DNA of 40,771 bases from Chloroflexota bacterium (GTDB lineage: Bacteria; Chloroflexota; Dehalococcoidia; SM23-28-2; RBG-16-64-32), in the NCBI GenBank assembly GCA_022564695.1, contig JADFKX010000001.1:1-40771 (forward strand), given 5' to 3'. This document shows positions 36,132 through 40,771 of the stretch, in pieces (the first letter of the stretch is position 1; each line of letters starts with the position of its first letter). The position numbers and the translations under genes were made by a program. The notes under the pieces were generated by a model, which was given only the letters and a program-made list of their open reading frames with translations, did not search any database and was not told the DNA's origin.

Positions 36132-36800
36132 ATGGGGCTCTTACAAAGCGTTAGAAGTGACATACAGGCGGCCAAGGAGCGCGATCCCGCCGCCACCTCC
36201 ACTCTGGAGATCATCTTCGCCTATCCCGGCTTTCACGCCAGACAGCTGCACCGCCTCGCCCACACCCTCCACACGCACGGGCTGCGCCTGCCTGCCCGCA
36301 TCATCTCTCACCTGGGCCGCGCCCTGACCGGCATCGAGATCCACCCCTGCGCTCAGATCGGCGAGAAGTTCTTCATAGACCACGGCATGGGCGTGGTGAT
36401 CGGGGAGACCACCGTCATCGGCAATAACTGCCACCTTTACCAGGGTGTCACCCTGGGCGGCACCAGCACCAAGCGTGCCAAACGACATCCCACCCTGGGC
36501 GACGGCGTGATCGTCGGCGCCGGCGCCAAGATCATCGGCGCCGTCAACATCGGCGATGACGCCAAGATCGGCGCCGGTTCCGTCGTCGTGACCAACGTCC
36601 CCCCCAACGCCACCGTCGTCGGCGTCCCCGGCCACATCGTCGCCTACGCCGACCCCGGCGACGAGACCATCCTCAAACTGCCTGACCCTGAGTGGGACGT
36701 CATCCAGCAGCTGGAAAACCGGGTCGCGGAGCTGGAGCAGCGCATCGTCGAGCTGGAGAGCCACAAGCAGACCGCCTCTGCGCCGGTGAAGGACGAATAG
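36132..36800 (+). CDS. cysE: Serine O-acetyltransferase
   Basis: N-terminal SATase helix region (IQAAKERDPAA..LEIIFAYPGFHA) and left-handed beta-helix hexapeptide repeats (GVVIGETTVIGNNCHLYQGVTLGG...). ATG 36132 is preferred over the track start at 36057. C-terminal coiled-coil-like tail. Confidence 0.92.
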   Translation: MGLLQSVRSDIQAAKERDPAATSTLEIIFAYPGFHARQLHRLAHTLHTHGLRLPARIISHLGRALTGIEIHPCAQIGEKFFIDHGMGVVIGETTVIGNNCHLYQGVTLGGTSTKRAKRHPTLGDGVIVGAGAKIIGAVNIGDDAKIGAGSVVVTNVPPNATVVGVPGHIVAYADPGDETILKLPDPEWDVIQQLENRVAELEQRIVELESHKQTASAPVKDE

Positions 36801-36806
36801 AGACCC

Positions 36807-38180
36807 GTGAAACTGTACAACACCCTGAGCCGCCGCGTGGAGGAGTTCTCTCCCTCAGGCGACGAGGTGAAGATGTACGTCTGCGGCCCCAACGTCTACG
36901 CCCCCTGCCACATCGGCCACGCCATGAGCTACATCGTCTTCGATGTCCTCCGCCGCTACCTGGAGTACTGCGGCTATAAAGTGAAACACGTCCAGAACTT
37001 CACAGATATCGAGGACAACATCATCAACCGCGCCCGTGCTGAAGGCTCCACGATCGATGAGCTGGCCGAACGACACATCGAGCAGTTCTTCGAAGATTTT
37101 GCCCCGCTGAACATCCTCAAGGCGCACATCTACCCCCGCGCCACCCACGAGCTCCCCTCCATAATCGAGATGGTCCAGCGGCTCATCGATAACGGCAACG
37201 CCTACCAGGCGGGCAGCGATGTCTACTTCCGCGTGAACAGCAGGCCGGACTACGGCAAGCTCTCCTCCCGCGACCTCGATTCGATGCTGGCAGGCGCCCG
37301 CATCCAGCCCGACGAAAACAAGGAGCACCCCGGCGACTTCGTACTCTGGAAGGCATCCAAGCCCGGCGAACCCGCCTGGGACAGCCCCTGGGGCAAGGGC
37401 CGCCCCGGCTGGCACATCGAGTGCTCCGCTATGTCCCTCAAGTACCTCGGCCACCCCCTGGACATCCACGGCGGCGGCCAGGACCTCATCTTCCCCCATC
37501 ACGAAAACGAGATCGCCCAGAGCGAGAGCTACACCGATGACCGCAAGCCGTTCGTCCGCTTCTGGCTGCACAACGGCCTCATGCGCCTCGCCGAGAGCGA
37601 AGAGAAGATGACCCGCCACCTGGGGAACCTGGTGCCCATCCGCGATGTCGTTCACCGCTACGGCGGCGACGGCCTTCGCATCTTCATCCTCAACTCTCAC
37701 TACCGCAGCCCCATCACGTTTGCGGAGGAGAGCCTGGAGGCCTCCAAGCGGGCGGCGGAGCGGCTGCGCACGGCCGTCGCGACACCCGGCGGAGACGCGG
37801 ACCCAGCCGCCGACCCGGCCCCCCTCAAGCAACGCTTCCTGGACGCCATGGACGACGACTTGAACACCGCCGGCGCCCTGGGAGCACTCTTCGACCTGGC
37901 ACGCGAGATCAACCGCGCCCGCGACGACGGCCGTAAGACTGAGGGGGCGCAGGCCGCCCTTCGAGAGCTGGCCGGCGTGCTCGGCCTCACCCTCGCCGGG
38001 CCCCAGACCGACGGCGACGCGTCCGCCGAGCCGTTCATTGAGCTTCTAATGGAGCTGCGCGACGACCTGCGCGACGCCAAGCAGTATGAGCTTTCAGACA
38101 AGCTGCGGGAACGCCTCTCCCAGATGGGCGTGATCCTTGAGGATTCCGCCCAGGGAACCCGTTGGCGGCTGAAGAGCTAA
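36807..38180 (+). CDS. cysS: Cysteine--tRNA ligase
   Basis: 457 aa with HIGH (CHIGHAMS), zinc/cysteine-binding WHIECSAM and HGGGQDLIFPHHENEIAQ, and an anticodon-binding domain (DDDLNTAGALGALFDL). GTG start. The KMSKS position reads KMTRH. Confidence 0.94.
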   Translation: MKLYNTLSRRVEEFSPSGDEVKMYVCGPNVYAPCHIGHAMSYIVFDVLRRYLEYCGYKVKHVQNFTDIEDNIINRARAEGSTIDELAERHIEQFFEDFAPLNILKAHIYPRATHELPSIIEMVQRLIDNGNAYQAGSDVYFRVNSRPDYGKLSSRDLDSMLAGARIQPDENKEHPGDFVLWKASKPGEPAWDSPWGKGRPGWHIECSAMSLKYLGHPLDIHGGGQDLIFPHHENEIAQSESYTDDRKPFVRFWLHNGLMRLAESEEKMTRHLGNLVPIRDVVHRYGGDGLRIFILNSHYRSPITFAEESLEASKRAAERLRTAVATPGGDADPAADPAPLKQRFLDAMDDDLNTAGALGALFDLAREINRARDDGRKTEGAQAALRELAGVLGLTLAGPQTDGDASAEPFIELLMELRDDLRDAKQYELSDKLRERLSQMGVILEDSAQGTRWRLKS

Positions 38181-38204
38181 ACGGGGCTCAGATTGGCGCC
38201 GTTT
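38179..38204 (+). terminator. Candidate intrinsic terminator after cysS
   Basis: AAACGGGGC-TCAGATTG-GCGCCGTTT (8 of 9 bp paired) followed by CCTT. It directly abuts the -35 box of the tRNA promoter. Confidence 0.35.
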
Positions 38205-38206
38205 CC

Positions 38207-38236
38207 TTGACTTTTGCGGAAAGTGGCCCCTATACT
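38207..38236 (+). promoter_or_regulatory. Sigma-70-type promoter for the tRNA-tuf cluster
   Basis: TTGACT (38207-38212), an 18-nt spacer, then TATACT (38231-38236). Confidence 0.6.
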
Positions 38237-38293
38237 ACGGGTGGGTCGCTCCTTGTGGGCGAGCCTTGAATTTTAGGCACCCGAAAGGGGCAG

Positions 38294-38368
38294 GCCGAAG
38301 TGGCGCAATGGTAGCGCAAGCGATTTGTAATCGCTAGGTTGGGGGTTCGATTCCCTCCTTCGGCTCCA
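38294..38368 (+). tRNA. tRNA-Thr (anticodon TGT), CCA encoded
   Basis: Manual cloverleaf fold: acceptor GCCGAAG/CTTCGGC, D stem GCGC/GCGC, anticodon stem AGCGA/TCGCT with loop TTTGTAA, T arm GGGGG-TTCGATT-CCCTC, discriminator T, CCA. Confidence 0.9.
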
Positions 38369-38462
38369 GGAGCAACAGGTAGGTAGTAACCATAGGAGGC
38401 CGGAGTGGTCCCTGTGGACACTGAAGCCGATTCCCAACCTCCTGCATCGGAGCGGAACCAGC

Positions 38463-38550
38463 GGCGGGGTGGGTGAGTGGTTAAAACCACCGGGCTGTAA
38501 ACTCGGCGCCCTGACGGGCTACGCAGGTTCGAATCCTGCCCCCGCCACCA
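38463..38550 (+). tRNA. tRNA-Tyr (anticodon GTA), long variable arm, CCA encoded
   Basis: Acceptor GGCGGGG/CCCCGCC, anticodon stem CCGGG/CTCGG with loop CTGTAAA, long variable arm, T arm GCAGG-TTCGAAT-CCTGC, discriminator A, CCA. Confidence 0.9.
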
Positions 38551-38621
38551 GAGACAAACGCCAAGTCTAAGGAGGTAGCAGGCTGGGGGCACGGCAAGAC
38601 TCCCGCCACCGTTGCAGACCG

Positions 38622-38697
38622 GCCCACGTAGCTCAGCTGGAAGAGCGCGTTCTTGGTAAGAACGAGGTCACCGGTTCGAATCCGGTCGTGGGCTCCA
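38622..38697 (+). tRNA. tRNA-Thr (anticodon GGT), CCA encoded
   Basis: Acceptor GCCCACG/CGTGGGC, D arm TAGCTCAGCTGGAAGAGC, anticodon stem CGTTC/GAACG with loop TTGGTAA, T arm CCGGT-TCGAATC-CGG, CCA. Confidence 0.92.
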
Positions 38698-38794
38698 CCA
38701 GTGGAAAATAAAACAAAGCCAGAGTAATATCAGGGTGGGTCAGAAACGTCTTGACCCCTAACCCAAGAGCCATAACATAGGAGGAACTCCCAGC

Positions 38795-39994
<1,200 letters not shown>

Positions 39995-40007
39995 AGCGAT
40001 CTGAAAC

Positions 40008-40172
40008 ATGGCCCGGAAGGACGACCGAGTAGCGGTGGAGTTAGCCTGCTCTGAGTGCAGGAACCGTAACTATGCGACGACAAAGAACCGCCGCAACGAC
40101 CCCGACCGCATGGAGTTGCGAAAGTTCTGTCCCCGTTGCCGCAGCCACCGCATGCACAAGGAGGCGCGATGA
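40008..40172 (+). CDS. rpmG: 50S ribosomal protein L33
   Basis: Not in the ORF track because it is under 60 aa. My translation, [54 protein letters not shown], has the L33 CxxC...CxxC zinc ribbon and the NYxTxKN motif. Confidence 0.9.
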   Translation: MARKDDRVAVELACSECRNRNYATTKNRRNDPDRMELRKFCPRCRSHRMHKEAR

Positions 40173-40492
40173 GCCGCGCTCTGAGACGCCACCCGCCTAG
40201 CAAGGCTAAGGGCAGCCGGGGCAGGGCCGGAGCCCGGCCGATACCCCGTACAGGCGCCACCCGCGCCGCTCCCCGTGGCGAGGGCCGATCCGGCCTTAGC
40301 GCGGTCGCCTCCTGGCGCCCACGTTTCGTCATGGACATTATTAGCGAGCTGCGCAAGGTAGCATGGCCTAGCCGCCAGGACACCACCTACCTCACGATCG
40401 TTGTCCTGATCGTCTCTGCTATTGTAGGCGCCGCCCTCGGCGGCATCGACATCGGCTTCGGCTGGCTAATCGATAACACGCTTCTAACATAG
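40169..40492 (+). CDS. secE: Preprotein translocase subunit SecE (with Arg/Pro/Gly-rich N-terminal extension if the upstream start is used)
   Basis: C-terminal [35 protein letters not shown] is the SecE core helix. ATG 40169 forms an ATGA overlap with the rpmG stop. A short form starting at ATG 40331 ([10 protein letters not shown]) is equally possible. Confidence 0.85.
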   Translation: MSRALRRHPPSKAKGSRGRAGARPIPRTGATRAAPRGEGRSGLSAVASWRPRFVMDIISELRKVAWPSRQDTTYLTIVVLIVSAIVGAALGGIDIGFGWLIDNTLLT

Positions 40493-40502
40493 GTTGGTTA
40501 AA

Positions 40503-40771
40503 GTGGCTAGAAGGAAGAAGAGCGCGGAGACCGTCCTGAAAGATAACCCCCCAGAGGACACCTCTAAACTCCAGGCGGAAGCTGCGGAGGAATCCGAACA
40601 GGGTCCCGTCATCACAGATGAGGAGATGTTCCGGCCGGGACGTGCCTGGTACGTCATCCACACCTACTCCGGCTATGAGGACAAGGCCTGCACCAACCTG
40701 GAGCAGCGCATCAAGTCCATGGACGCAGAAGACCTCATCCACCATGTCGTCGTTCCCTCTGTAAACGAGAT
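40503..40771 (+). CDS. nusG: Transcription termination/antitermination factor NusG (5' partial, runs off the window)
   Basis: The frame reads ...RAWYVIHTYSGYEDKACTNLEQRIKSM...VVVPSVNE, the NusG NGN-domain signature. Start is GTG 40503 (acidic N-terminal extension) or ATG 40626. Confidence 0.85.
   Translation, partial: MARRKKSAETVLKDNPPEDTSKLQAEAAEESEQGPVITDEEMFRPGRAWYVIHTYSGYEDKACTNLEQRIKSMDAEDLIHHVVVPSVNE

Noticed and set aside
38399-38470. 23-codon frame starting GTG after TAGGAGG in the tRNA-Thr/tRNA-Tyr spacer.
   Set aside because: It runs into the tRNA-Tyr gene body, is very short, and has no supporting signal. The SD-like string is more likely a structural or processing element.
38745-38778. 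TTGACC-N16-TAACAT promoter-like site immediately upstream of tuf.
   Set aside because: A start site 6-8 nt after this -10 box would fall inside the AGGAGG Shine-Dalgarno of tuf. The spacer is also short. tuf is more plausibly co-transcribed with the upstream tRNAs, as in the E. coli tufB operon.

Overview
GC-rich bacterial chromosomal window, tightly packed and almost entirely housekeeping. Minus strand (0.6-22.7 kb): an 11-gene NADH:quinone oxidoreductase operon in the order nuoA-B-C-D-H-I-J-K-L-M-N with no nuoE/F/G; valS; a peptide/nickel-type ABC importer (Tat-lipoprotein binding protein plus two permeases, no ATPase genes); and prs-secA followed by an unrecognised 226-aa gene. Plus strand (22.8-40.8 kb): EamA/DMT transporter; rpoB-rpoC; a small acidic ORF; a ydaO-type (c-di-AMP) riboswitch in front of a YqaA/DedA-superfamily membrane protein; then a Bacillus-like block yacL(PIN-TRAM)-ispD-ispF-cysE-cysS, tRNA-Thr/Tyr/Thr, tuf, rpmG, secE and the 5' part of nusG. 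The supplied ORF track uses GTG/TTG as starts, so I moved several 5' ends inward where an ATG/GTG with a better Shine-Dalgarno or a family-typical N-terminus exists. I see no rRNA, CRISPR array, intact mobile element or obvious defence or accessory island. The only trace of mobile DNA is at the extreme left end: an orphan serine-recombinase-like start plus a ~130-170 bp direct repeat. The most noteworthy signals are the c-di-AMP riboswitch with an unusual downstream gene, a duplicated ~50-aa module appended to NuoC in an EFG-less complex I, the left-end repeat, an unknown gene co-oriented with secA, a non-canonical KMSKS motif in CysRS, and a Cys/His-containing insertion in SecA. Eight intergenic regions carry a recurring TTGAC(A/C/T)-N17/18-TAnnn(T/A) promoter pattern that helps define transcription units. 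Gene content (EFG-less complex I, large beta-prime insertion) is compatible with a Chloroflexota-like lineage, but this cannot be verified from the sequence alone.
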